This document shows, piece after piece, positions 18,276 to 27,387 of a stretch of DNA of 64,000 nucleotides. Below the pieces are notes generated by a model. That model saw only the letters and a list, made by a program, of their open reading frames with translations. It was not told where the DNA came from and ran no database searches. The DNA comes from Acidimicrobiia bacterium. GTDB taxonomy: Bacteria; Actinomycetota; Acidimicrobiia; Spongiisociales; UBA5794. The translations under genes were made by a program, and so were the position numbers. Positions within the stretch are counted from its first letter, which is position 1, and each line of letters starts with the position of its first letter. The DNA is taken from positions 18,967 through 82,966 of the forward strand of contig BTQL01000003.1 of assembly GCA_036985855.1 (NCBI GenBank), written 5' to 3'.

Positions 18276-20038
18276 GCGAGCAAGGCATGATGAGGACCTC
18301 ATCGGCGCTGGCTCGCTCCTTCAAGATCGCTCCGACTCTGAGGCGTGGGCTCGTCCTCACACTCGGCCTTGCTGTTGCTGGAACTGCGCTTCAGGTCATC
18401 GTGCCTGTTGTGCTGCAGCAGATCATTGACAACGAGATCCTCGGTTCTGGTGATGTCGATACCGCAGCCGTGCTGCGCCGCGGTGGTTTTGCGTTGATCG
18501 CAGTGCTCCTTGCGATGGTTGCTCGCTTCTTCTCGTTACGGAGACTGGTCAGATCGGCGTCTTCTGGTCTCGCAGAGTTGCGCATCAAGACATTCGATCA
18601 TCTCCACGAACTATCGATACTCGATCTTCAGGCAGAGAAGCGGGGTGTTCTCGTCGCCCGCGTCACGGCAGATATCGAGACGATCCAGAGCTGGATGGAG
18701 TGGGGTGGTGTTGGCATGGTTCTGGGGTTTGCCCAGGTGTTCCTCGCCCTGCTCGCAATGGCTGTTTACCGCTGGCAGCTCGCCCTTGCCGTCGCGGCAG
18801 GCGTCGTGGTTTACACCGCGATGGTTGTTGTGTTCCAGAGGGTGTTGTCGAGAGCATATGACAACGTGCGTGAACGGGTCGCAGAATCACTTGCGGTCAC
18901 GGAGGAGGCAATTTCCGGTATGTCCACCGTACGTGCGTACGGCGTGGAGGACGTCATCATGGACCGGGTCGATGAGAAGCTGGACGACCAGTTCACAGCG
19001 GAAGTAAACGCGGCCGTCTTCGCTTCCACATTGTTCTCGAGCTCCGAACTGTTCGCTGGATTGCTCACCGCCGTGGTCGTCGGGATTGGCGTCATCTACG
19101 GAGCAAGCTGGGGAATGTCCGCAGGCACTCTCGTAGCGTTCCTCTTCCTCGTGAACCTGTTGGTCGAACCCATCCAGCGACTCGTTGAAACGATCGACGA
19201 AGCTCAGTCAGCCGGTGCAGGTTTGCGCAAGATCCTCCACATCCTCGACACACCGATTGCGATTTCGGACCCGACTGACGGCACACCGCTGCCGGACCGG
19301 AGCCTCAGGGTCGAGTTCGATGGTGTCACATTCCGGTATCCACAGGGACCCGAAATCCTCAAGAACATCTCGGTATACATCCCTGCCGGTCAGCGTGTTG
19401 CCGTGGTTGGCGAGACTGGATCCGGGAAGACCACGTTCGCCAAGATGGCGACCCGACTCCTTGTCCCCCAGGCTGGAGCAGTCGCAGTCGGGGGCGTCCC
19501 AATCGACAATGTTCCATTCGTTTCGCTTCGATCACACATCGCGTACGTGCCACAGGAAGGCTTCCTCTTCAACGCCTCGATCGCAGACAATGTTCGTTAT
19601 GGGAAGCCGGGCGTGTCCGATGACGCTGTGCGAGCGGCGTTCAACGATCTCGGTCTACTCGGTTGGGTGGAGTCCTTGTCGAAGGGAATCCATACCGACG
19701 TTGGGGAGCTTGGTGGCAGCCTGTCGGCTGGGGAACGTCAGCTCGTTGCACTGGTACGCGCATGGATCTCCGACCCGTCTGTACTCGTGCTGGACGAAGC
19801 AACATCTGCGGTGGATCCTGCGCTCGAGGTACAGATACGGGATGCAATCGAATTTGTCACTCAGGGAAGAACCTCGATCACCGTTGCGCATCGACTTTCA
19901 ACGGCTGAAGCATCCGACCGTGTACTCGTGTTCGATGACGGGAGAATCGTCGAAGACGGAACTCACGCAGAACTCAACAAACGCTCTGGTGTCTATGCGT
20001 CTATGCATGAGGATTGGGAAGGCGCAGTCAAGAGCTAG
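18272..20038 (+). CDS. ABC exporter permease/ATPase, partner subunit
   Basis: GETGSGKT, LSAGERQ, LVLDEATS, VAHRL; GTGA overlap with the upstream gene. Confidence 0.93.
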   Translation: MSEQGMMRTSSALARSFKIAPTLRRGLVLTLGLAVAGTALQVIVPVVLQQIIDNEILGSGDVDTAAVLRRGGFALIAVLLAMVARFFSLRRLVRSASSGLAELRIKTFDHLHELSILDLQAEKRGVLVARVTADIETIQSWMEWGGVGMVLGFAQVFLALLAMAVYRWQLALAVAAGVVVYTAMVVVFQRVLSRAYDNVRERVAESLAVTEEAISGMSTVRAYGVEDVIMDRVDEKLDDQFTAEVNAAVFASTLFSSSELFAGLLTAVVVGIGVIYGASWGMSAGTLVAFLFLVNLLVEPIQRLVETIDEAQSAGAGLRKILHILDTPIAISDPTDGTPLPDRSLRVEFDGVTFRYPQGPEILKNISVYIPAGQRVAVVGETGSGKTTFAKMATRLLVPQAGAVAVGGVPIDNVPFVSLRSHIAYVPQEGFLFNASIADNVRYGKPGVSDDAVRAAFNDLGLLGWVESLSKGIHTDVGELGGSLSAGERQLVALVRAWISDPSVLVLDEATSAVDPALEVQIRDAIEFVTQGRTSITVAHRLSTAEASDRVLVFDDGRIVEDGTHAELNKRSGVYASMHEDWEGAVKS

Positions 20039-20087
20039 TGCCGGTCCACAGTTGTCGGGATCAGAAAAGACCTGATGGCCGGGGCTG

Positions 20088-21464
20088 TCAATCCACCACG
20101 ACGGTCTTGACATTGAGAAACTCGCGCATGCCGACGTGGGAGAGCTCCCTGCCGTACCCTGAGGCCTTGATGCCGCCGAACGGTAAACGCGGGTCTGAGG
20201 CGACGAAGGTGTTGACGAAACACGACCCTGCCTCAATACGGTCTCTTGCGATTCGCTCACCTCGTTCGAGGTCGCGGGTGAAGACGGCTCCGCCGAGTCC
20301 GAAGATCGAATCGTTCGCAATCCTGATCGCTTCCTCCTCCTCGTCGAAGGCGATGATGCTCGCCACAGGACCGAAGGTCTCCTCGTGATACACGGGCATG
20401 CCCGCAGTGACGTCGGTGAGGATCGTTGGCGGGTAGAAGGCCCCTGGTCCATCGGGCACGACACCTCCCGTAACGAGGCGCGCCCCTACCCCGATCGATG
20501 TGAGAACTTGATCGTGGAGCTCGTCGCGCAGATCAACCCTTGCCATCGGCCCGAGTTCGGTGTCGTCGTCGAGGGGGTTCCCGATCGTGTAGGCACCCAT
20601 GGCTTCGGTCAGCTTGACGGTGAACGCATCGGCGACCGAACGATGAACGATGAACCGTTTCGCTGCGATACACGACTGTCCGCCATTGAGGAGACGCCCA
20701 AAGGCGCATGCCCGCACAGCAAGATCGAGGTCGGCGTCCTCGAGGATGAGATAGGGGTCTGCTCCCCCAAGCTCGAGCACCGTCTTCTTGAGCTCCTGAC
20801 CTGCCTTGGAGGCAACCGAGCGACCGGCTGCGCCTGAGCCTGTCAACGTTACTGCAACGATCCGCGGGTTCTCGATCATCTCGGCGACCCGACTTGAGGG
20901 AACAACCACGGTGCGGAAGAGACCATCGGGAAATCCGGCTTCCACGACCATCTCGTCGATAGCGATGGCGCATCCGGTTACGTTCGATGCATGTTTGAGA
21001 ATTCCAGCGTTCCCTGCCATGAGAGCGGGCGCAGCGAAGCGCATGACTTGCCACAACGGAAAGTTCCACGGCATTACAGCGAGAACCACCCCGAGGGGTC
21101 GGTATGTCATGTAGCTCTTGTTTCGGTCTGCGTCGACCTGGTGGTCTTGAAGGATCGTTTCGGTTTCCTCCGCGTAGTACCGACATACCCAGGCGCACTT
21201 GCCTACCTCAGCCCTTCCCTGCGTAACCGGTTTTCCCATCTCCCTTGCCATCAGGACAGCGAGTTCCTCCCTACGACCCTCGAGCACCGATGCAAGACGA
21301 AACATGTAGCCCTTGCGTTCGTTGAGCGGCGTCTTCATCCATTCGGTGTGCAGCTGATGTGCTGTCTCGATGTGGGAGACGACCTCTTCGGCTGCTGTCT
21401 CTGGGTACGTTGCAAAGAGCTCTTCGGTGGTTGGATCTACGGATCGCAAGCGTGGTCCTTCCAT
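20088..21464 (-). CDS. gabD: NAD(P)-dependent succinate-semialdehyde dehydrogenase family aldehyde dehydrogenase
   Basis: MPWNFP, LKHA, LTGS, LELGG, GQSCIA catalytic Cys, EETFGP, FGGIK.SG.GRE. Confidence 0.88.
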   Translation of the reverse strand: MEGPRLRSVDPTTEELFATYPETAAEEVVSHIETAHQLHTEWMKTPLNERKGYMFRLASVLEGRREELAVLMAREMGKPVTQGRAEVGKCAWVCRYYAEETETILQDHQVDADRNKSYMTYRPLGVVLAVMPWNFPLWQVMRFAAPALMAGNAGILKHASNVTGCAIAIDEMVVEAGFPDGLFRTVVVPSSRVAEMIENPRIVAVTLTGSGAAGRSVASKAGQELKKTVLELGGADPYLILEDADLDLAVRACAFGRLLNGGQSCIAAKRFIVHRSVADAFTVKLTEAMGAYTIGNPLDDDTELGPMARVDLRDELHDQVLTSIGVGARLVTGGVVPDGPGAFYPPTILTDVTAGMPVYHEETFGPVASIIAFDEEEEAIRIANDSIFGLGGAVFTRDLERGERIARDRIEAGSCFVNTFVASDPRLPFGGIKASGYGRELSHVGMREFLNVKTVVVD

Positions 21465-21559
21465 GGGCGTGAGATGACCTGCGACTCGGAATTGTGTGGC
21501 TCGACACACGAATTGCACAAAACGCGCAGAGTCTGTGCGCCTGATAGGTGTGGACTGGC

Positions 21560-21681
21560 CACTGTAGACACAAGCAGGCCCTGGTCGGGGCCTGCTTGTG
21601 TGAAGGGGTCGGTGGGTGACTGGCTTGGTGTTTCGGATCGCCCTGTTCGAGAACAAGTAGCCTCGCCGGCCTCCCACCTGT
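21560..21681 (-). ncRNA. Candidate small RNA (~120 nt)
   Basis: Sigma28-like promoter just upstream, GGTGGG/CCCACC closing stem, C-rich single-stranded segment, strong terminal hairpin; boundaries inferred. Confidence 0.45.
21568..21601. terminator. Intrinsic terminator-like hairpin
   Basis: ACACAAGCAGGCCC-TGGTCG-GGGCCTGCTTGTGT, perfect 14-bp stem. Confidence 0.8.
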
Positions 21682-21687
21682 GCCTAA

Positions 21688-21714
21688 GTATCGGCGTGTT
21701 GTCGCTTTTCTTGA
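21688..21714 (-). promoter_or_regulatory. Sigma28 (FliA/WhiG)-type promoter
   Basis: Minus strand TCAA-N15-GCCGATAC compared with consensus TAAA-N15-GCCGATAA. Confidence 0.6.
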
Positions 21715-21763
21715 GCGTTCGGTGATAGGTCGTACGACCCCTTTTGTTCCCATGTCTCTCCTT

Positions 21764-22645
21764 CTACGTCGTGGTGCGCCGCCCTCTTCCGACGAGAGAC
21801 ACCCCCAGAAGCGTGACTGCGCCTCCGGCGAGAATCGCAGGAGTTATCTGCTCTTCAAGGAGTACTGCACCACCCACGATTGCAACGAGAGGCGCGAGAT
21901 ATGCCGTGACAGCGACAAGTGTCGCGGAGGCTTGTTTCGACGCGTACAAAGTTGCGCCGAAAGGCAGCAAGGTCGACCCGAGCCCAAGCACCGTGAGCAG
22001 TATCCACAGGTCGGCATCGTAGGTACTGAGATCGTCGAACCCAACGAATGCCCCTACCGCGATCGAAACGATCGTGCCGGTGACGAACATCGGGAAAGCA
22101 AGGGGGACCGTGTCGTGAAGCGGTGCGTATTTGCGTTGTAGGACGCCGGAGAACGATCCGAGCAGCACACCGACGCCTGCCAGAAGGAATCCTGAGACGA
22201 TGTCGCCCTCTACCCCCAGTCCTGTGTCACCCACGATCAGGATCATCGTCGTGCCAACGAGTCCGATGATGAGGCCTGCAATCTGACGGCCGGTGATCCG
22301 CTCGCGAATGAACAACGCAGCCATGACAGCCGTCGTTGCGGGTACCAGCGTGATCACAAGCCCTTCGACGCCAGCAGAAATGAAGTTGAGTGACGCCATG
22401 AAAAACATCGGTGTAAGACCCGTTCGAAGGGCTCCTATGAGTGCGCCATGCCTCCATGCGAGGCTCGTAGACCTCGATCTGGTTCCGAGCACATAGATGA
22501 GCAGAACAAGGCTGGCGATGGCCGTGCGCACGACGAGCACAGTGAGTGTGGTGGCGCCGAGACTGTATGCAGCCCTTGTCCCAACGCCGGCAAGACCCCA
22601 TCCTGTTGAGGCAGCGAGGATGGCGATGAGGATCTTGTTGCGCAC
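21764..22645 (-). CDS. DMT/EamA family transporter
   Basis: About 10 TMs in two EamA repeats (LFIRERI, YLAPL...LLEEQI); GTG start 6 nt after TAGCGT. Confidence 0.9.
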   Translation of the reverse strand: MRNKILIAILAASTGWGLAGVGTRAAYSLGATTLTVLVVRTAIASLVLLIYVLGTRSRSTSLAWRHGALIGALRTGLTPMFFMASLNFISAGVEGLVITLVPATTAVMAALFIRERITGRQIAGLIIGLVGTTMILIVGDTGLGVEGDIVSGFLLAGVGVLLGSFSGVLQRKYAPLHDTVPLAFPMFVTGTIVSIAVGAFVGFDDLSTYDADLWILLTVLGLGSTLLPFGATLYASKQASATLVAVTAYLAPLVAIVGGAVLLEEQITPAILAGGAVTLLGVSLVGRGRRTTT

Positions 22646-22791
22646 CTTGGAACGCTACCGACCGCTGGGATTCTGGAATCAGCTATGGGCCGATAACTGC
22701 CAACAGCGTGTTCTCGACGGTACGATGAGGTGGTTCGTGACGGCCCGATCAGGTTGAGACCGACGTATGGGCCGATTGATTGGAGATTCTC

Positions 22792-23016
22792 ATCGCAGGC
22801 AAGGACGACTATTTCAGGGCGAAGGGTGTTGTTGTAGAGACACTGCCCAATGCCACCTTCCGCGTGAAGCTGGAAACCGGCCACGAGGTCACAGCGCGAG
22901 CATCCGGCAAGATGCGTAAGGGTCGGATGATCCGGATCATTCCCGGCGACTCGGTTGAGGTCGATGTTTCTGCGTACGATCCAACGATGGGTCGAATCGT
23001 CTGGCGATACCGGTAA
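22792..23016 (+). CDS. infA: Translation initiation factor IF-1 (stand-alone copy; probable ATC start, alternative TTG 22780)
   Basis: G.VVETLPNATFRVKL..GHEV.A..SGKMR..IRIIPGD.V.V..S.YD...GRI.WR; GGAG lies 6 nt before ATC. Confidence 0.9.
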   Translation: MAGKDDYFRAKGVVVETLPNATFRVKLETGHEVTARASGKMRKGRMIRIIPGDSVEVDVSAYDPTMGRIVWRYR

Positions 23017-23027
23017 CCGTAGACCGG

Positions 23028-23483
23028 CTACCGATCACAATTCGGGCACACGCCCTCTACCTCGAGGACGTGGTCGATCACTCTGTAGCCTGCTTGGGAC
23101 CCGAGAGACAAAGCGATCGAGTGCAACTCATGCTCCGCTTTGTCCGACACATCGATGTCTTCGATCGACCCACAGGCGACACATACCACGTGATGATGGT
23201 GGCCGGTGAGCCACTCCGCCAGCTCGTAGCGGGCAATGCCATCCGGTCCGTGGTTCCGTTTGAGAATCCCTGTTTCCTCGAAGATCGAAAGTGTTCTGTA
23301 TAGCGATGACACGGGTAGACCACCGGTTGCGTCACTAGCGAGTTCGGCGGCACTGCGGGGTCCTGAGGCCATCTGTACCGCAGTCACGACGGTTCGTCTC
23401 CCTGCGGTGTACCTGATGCTGTTCTCAGCGAGCTTCCGTCTGACGAGCTCGTGGATCTCGGTGGACGGGTGTGTGTCTGCCAT
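23028..23483 (-). CDS. zur: Fur-family regulator, probably Zur
   Basis: SSLYRTL HTH, HHHH..CVAC, GVCPNC; adjacent to a metal ABC ATPase. Confidence 0.85.
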   Translation of the reverse strand: MADTHPSTEIHELVRRKLAENSIRYTAGRRTVVTAVQMASGPRSAAELASDATGGLPVSSLYRTLSIFEETGILKRNHGPDGIARYELAEWLTGHHHHVVCVACGSIEDIDVSDKAEHELHSIALSLGSQAGYRVIDHVLEVEGVCPNCDR

Positions 23484-23533
23484 GTGTTCGAGGCTAGAGG
23501 TACATTCTCACTATCTGGGAGTTCTGAGAATGA

Positions 23534-24361
23534 CTACGCGTTGTCGTCGTCGTGAAGCGCTTCCACGTGAATCGTGCGATTCTGGTGCACGTGGAGCTCG
23601 TCGGTCGGACGGTGAGCAGGATCATCGAGGAAGATCCGCTCGCCCTCAAGGTGGAGAAGCGCGGATCCGTACGCGCTTTTCAGATTCGAGGCTGTGAGAA
23701 CTTCGGTCGGTGAACCCGAAGCGATCACACGACCGGCCATGAGGACAACGTGATCGGCGATCCGAGCCTCCGCAAGGTCGTGCGTGCTCATCACGATCGT
23801 GCCGCCGCGTTCCTGTTCATCATGGATAACCGAGTCAATGGCTTGCGCAGATGGAAGGTCGAGTCCGGTGAGAGGTTCATCGAGAAGGAGCAGATCTCGA
23901 TCTTGGGCGAGACCCTGGGCAACGAAGACGCGTTGGCGTTGTCCACCCGAGAGCTCGCTCAGGTGCCTCTGGGCGAGATCAGAGATCGACATCCGGTCCA
24001 TTGCCTCGGCAACGATCGCCCTGTCGATATCTGTGAGACGGTGGAATTCACCGATTGCGGGATACCTTCCCATTGAGACCACCTCAGCGACGGTGATCGG
24101 CAGCGCTTCGTTCACTTTTGTCGTCTGCAGCACGAATGCGATGCGACTCGGAGATTCCGCCCGGTGGACCGTCAGGTTCCCAGACGTCGGAGAGACGAGA
24201 CCCGCGATGCCACTGAGAATCGTCGACTTTCCGGACCCGTTCGGTCCGATGAGGGCCGTGACGGCGCCTTCGGGAATGGTGAACGAGGAGGATGCGACCG
24301 CGACCTGGTTTCCGTACCGGAATTCAATCTCGATGGCTGTTACGGCGGCCCTGGGTGTCAT
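23534..24361 (-). CDS. Metal (Zn/Mn) ABC transporter ATP-binding protein
   Basis: GPNGSGKST, PITV.EVV.MG, LSGGQRQR, LLDEP, THDL, His-rich tail. Confidence 0.9.
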   Translation of the reverse strand: MTPRAAVTAIEIEFRYGNQVAVASSSFTIPEGAVTALIGPNGSGKSTILSGIAGLVSPTSGNLTVHRAESPSRIAFVLQTTKVNEALPITVAEVVSMGRYPAIGEFHRLTDIDRAIVAEAMDRMSISDLAQRHLSELSGGQRQRVFVAQGLAQDRDLLLLDEPLTGLDLPSAQAIDSVIHDEQERGGTIVMSTHDLAEARIADHVVLMAGRVIASGSPTEVLTASNLKSAYGSALLHLEGERIFLDDPAHRPTDELHVHQNRTIHVEALHDDDNA

Positions 24362-24366
24362 GTGAA

Positions 24367-24457
24367 CAGACGGTAGACGGTAGACGGCAGACGTTGGACG
24401 CAATCGGAAGACCCTGTTCCGTGTTCTGCGTTCTGACCTCTGCGCTCAGACTTCTGA
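24367..24457. repeat. Two oppositely oriented degenerate 7-bp repeat arrays
   Basis: CAGACGG TAGACGG TAGACGG CAGACGT TGGACGC (24367-24401), then GTTCCGT GTTCTGC GTTCTGA CCTCTGC GCTCAGA CTTCTGA (24416-24457). Confidence 0.75.
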
Positions 24458-24469
24458 TATCTTGTCCCC

Positions 24470-25339
24470 ATGGAGCTATACGCAAGGGTCAATATTCTCG
24501 ATGGAAGGGCCGTTCGGCTTCCGCACGGCGACGTTCACGATGCCATCGCTCTCGATGATGATCCGGTCAACCGGGCCAGAGGCTGGATAACAAAGGGCGC
24601 CGACCGGTTACACATCGTAGATCTCGATGCAGCCGCGTACGGTGACTACAAGAACCGCGGATTGATCGCCGACATCATCAAGGCAGTCGATGTTCCCGTG
24701 CAGGTAGGTGGCGGGGTCAGATCTCAAGCAGAGATAGAACGCGTACTCGGCATGGGCGCATGGCGCGTCGCCATTGGAACACTTGCCATCATCGATCAGG
24801 TGTTGTTTTGGGAACTGAACCGTCGACATCCCCATCGGATAGTCGTGTCGTTGGATGTCGGGACCGATCTCGAGATTTCGATAAAGGGATGGACGGAACC
24901 GACGGGTGAATACCTCGAAGAGACACTCATAAAGCTGTCATCGGGGGGTGCAGCGGGATTCATGATCTCAGAGGTTGGCAGAGATGCCCTCGAGGAGCCC
25001 CCGAACTTCGATGCCCTCGAGTTGGCCATCTCGCTTGTGGACGAGCCGGTTGTTGCCGCGGGCGGAGTGCGCGATCTTGACGACATAGCGACTCTGGTCG
25101 AACTCACCGCGGGCGGGAACAAGCTCGCAGGTCTGGTTGTGGGTCGCGAAGTAACTGCCGGTCGGTTCACCGTTGAGCAGGCCGTGACCGAACTCGCAAG
25201 TGCGGGAATCACCCGCGGTCCATGGTCCCGTGCCGAGCTCGACGTAGAGCTGGCGAAGTACCGTGACGTGACCACGGATCCTGCAGAGGCCGACGCCGCA
25301 ACGGCGTTCGTCGAATGGATTGGCTCCGGGGGCGCATAG
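24470..25339 (+). CDS. HisA/PriA-fold protein with catalytic Asp replaced by Asn
   Basis: G.AVRL..G, HIVDLDAA, QVGGGVR, VSLD, KGW, AAGGVR; residue 8 is Asn; ~45-aa C-terminal extension. Confidence 0.85.
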   Translation: MELYARVNILDGRAVRLPHGDVHDAIALDDDPVNRARGWITKGADRLHIVDLDAAAYGDYKNRGLIADIIKAVDVPVQVGGGVRSQAEIERVLGMGAWRVAIGTLAIIDQVLFWELNRRHPHRIVVSLDVGTDLEISIKGWTEPTGEYLEETLIKLSSGGAAGFMISEVGRDALEEPPNFDALELAISLVDEPVVAAGGVRDLDDIATLVELTAGGNKLAGLVVGREVTAGRFTVEQAVTELASAGITRGPWSRAELDVELAKYRDVTTDPAEADAATAFVEWIGSGGA

Positions 25340-25428
25340 GCGTTCAGCGATGAAGCAGTGCTTCGGCATCGTTGAACCCGGTTTTGCCTAACCTCGACCT
25401 CACTGGATCGTGACATGAGGTGATGGTT

Positions 25429-25752
25429 ATGAAGTCGTTCTTTAGGTTCCTGTTTGTGCTCCTGATCGTTGGCGCCGTGGCGGCCGTGGTCGCATCGATC
25501 GTTTCGAAGAAGAAACTTGAATCGATGTCCGATGACGAGATACGTGAGTATCTGAGTATCAAGCTCTCCGGCAAAGTCGGCGATGAGCAGCTCGGGACGA
25601 TCCAGGATGCCGTCCTTACCGGCGTGCGGGGAAAGAAACCGGCGGCCGATCACTACACCGATGATGTCGATGACACCATGGATGATGCTGGTGACGAAGC
25701 GGAAGAGGCAGATGAAGAAGCTGCCAAGGCGGGCGAATCAGCTGCGGAGTGA
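25429..25752 (+). CDS. Hypothetical membrane-anchored protein with acidic tail
   Basis: SD GAGGTG, N-terminal TM, D/E-rich C-terminus. Confidence 0.75.
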   Translation: MKSFFRFLFVLLIVGAVAAVVASIVSKKKLESMSDDEIREYLSIKLSGKVGDEQLGTIQDAVLTGVRGKKPAADHYTDDVDDTMDDAGDEAEEADEEAAKAGESAAE

Positions 25753-25772
25753 CAACTGTCGGTCTTCGGCTC

Positions 25773-26669
25773 TCAGCGCGCAGCCGCAGCTTTCTGACGT
25801 TTCGAATCTGACACCTGACGTCTGTCGACAGTGAACATTGCTAGAGCTATCCAGACGGTCGTGAAACCTGCCAACTCGGTAGTTGTCATCGACTCGCGAA
25901 ACACGAAGACACCGACAAGCAGCTGGATCGATGGCGCGATGTACTGGAGGAATCCAAGCGTCGACAAGGGGATTTGTTTCGCGGCCGATCCGAAGAGGAG
26001 CAGCGGGATCACTGTGACGATCCCGGCTCCAATGAAGAACAGTGTCACCGCAGGTGGCGATCCGAGTGTCGCGCCTGTCGGTTGGGCCAACAGCAGCATC
26101 GCTGCGAGCGCCGGGACGAACATCACAGATGTTTCTCCGAATAGCGAGACCAGCGGTGGGGGCGTTACATCGCGTTTCTTCAACAAACCATAGATTCCGA
26201 AGGAGAACGCAAGAGTGAGCGAGATCCATGGAGGGACACCTGTAAGCACTCCCATTGCTGTGACTCCGAACGCAGCGATACCAACGGCGATCCACTGAAG
26301 CGGTCGCAACTGCTCTTTGAGAATCACAACTCCGAGCGCAACAGAAACCAGTGGGTTGATGAAGTAGCCGAGCGAAGCCTCAACGATATGCCCGTTCGTG
26401 ACCGCCCACAGGAACACGCCCCAATTGATCGAAAGCAGTACAGCGGCGATACCGGTGGCGATCCTCGGCCTCCAGGTGGCGTACCCGCCCTTGAACGCCG
26501 GCCACTGTCTTCGCGTCGTGATCGCGAGGGCAAGGATCGGAACCGACCATACGATCCGATGCAGCAGCAATGTTGCAGCGTCGGTTGACAGGAGGTTCCA
26601 GTACACCGGCGTGAGACCCCAGAACACGTACGCCGCGAGTCCGAACCAGATTCCTCTGCGATACTCCAA
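25773..26669 (-). CDS. rarD: RarD (EamA-family) transporter
   Basis: AYVFWGL.P.YW, HRIVWS, NWG.F.WAV, EASLGYFINPL, GFLQYIAP; TTG start with GGAG SD. Confidence 0.93.
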   Translation of the reverse strand: MEYRRGIWFGLAAYVFWGLTPVYWNLLSTDAATLLLHRIVWSVPILALAITTRRQWPAFKGGYATWRPRIATGIAAVLLSINWGVFLWAVTNGHIVEASLGYFINPLVSVALGVVILKEQLRPLQWIAVGIAAFGVTAMGVLTGVPPWISLTLAFSFGIYGLLKKRDVTPPPLVSLFGETSVMFVPALAAMLLLAQPTGATLGSPPAVTLFFIGAGIVTVIPLLLFGSAAKQIPLSTLGFLQYIAPSIQLLVGVFVFRESMTTTELAGFTTVWIALAMFTVDRRQVSDSKRQKAAAAR

Positions 26670-26780
26670 GTCTGCTCCGTAGACGGTAGATCGCAAACCG
26701 TAGGCATCCTGCAGATACTGTCTACTGTAAATGAGCGTTCCGTCCACCTTCTTGTCACTCCCTCGCGATACGGTGCGCCC

Positions 26781-27260
26781 ATGACAACCAAGCTCACCCC
26801 GAAACGTATCGACCCTGGTCCGAGACGCCGGCATGAATCCAGAGTTCAGAGGTTCTCGGTGAATCCGGATCTGCTCGGGTATCTCGACGGCCTGTCCATC
26901 GTTGACGTCGAAGCAGAGCGCCTCGTGGATGCCGTCTGTTGGGAGCTGGGGGTTGAGCCACCCGCGCTCCGTTTTCATGCACGGCGGTCGCCATACACCG
27001 GTGCGACCGAGCAACCGCGATGGTTTCTGATCGAAACCTTTGGTGAAGACAGGGTCGCTCAGATCGAGGCGAACCGTTCTGCACGGCTTCCCGAGCACGG
27101 AGTGATCAGGCTTGGGCGTACAACCACGCTCATGACGGTTGCACACGAGCTTGCTCATCATCTTGTGTTCGTTCTGGACCCGTTGGTCACGCCCGGGCAT
27201 GGGAAACTCTGGGTACGCAGGTTTGACCAGGTTGCGGATCTGATCTCGAGGTTGATCTAG
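26781..27260 (+). CDS. HExxH metalloprotease-like protein (Rv0185/SprT-like)
   Basis: TVAHELAHHL...GHG..W; TACGGT -10 lies 6 nt before the ATG. Confidence 0.75.
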   Translation: MTTKLTPKRIDPGPRRRHESRVQRFSVNPDLLGYLDGLSIVDVEAERLVDAVCWELGVEPPALRFHARRSPYTGATEQPRWFLIETFGEDRVAQIEANRSARLPEHGVIRLGRTTTLMTVAHELAHHLVFVLDPLVTPGHGKLWVRRFDQVADLISRLI

Positions 27261-27387
27261 CGAGCAGGCACCGGTCTGAGGTCCCGACGATCACCACTGG
27301 ACCCGTTTCCTCCGGCCGCTCTGTCGATAGAGCTTGTATTGAGGGTGGTCCTTTCCCTACGCTGGGTATGCGAGGAAAGGAAGACCT

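Noticed and set aside
16452-20038. Degenerate Walker B, H-loop and signature motifs in the ABC pair
   Set aside because: This is the normal asymmetric consensus/degenerate site arrangement of heterodimeric exporters.
20088-21677. 529-aa version of the aldehyde dehydrogenase
   Set aside because: The extension crosses a strong terminator hairpin and is not ALDH-like; ATG 21464 is preferred.
25773-27200. 475-aa ORF from the track
   Set aside because: The N-terminal 177 aa largely overlap the antisense HExxH gene and a repeat tract; RarD similarity starts at TTG 26669, which has a GGAG SD.
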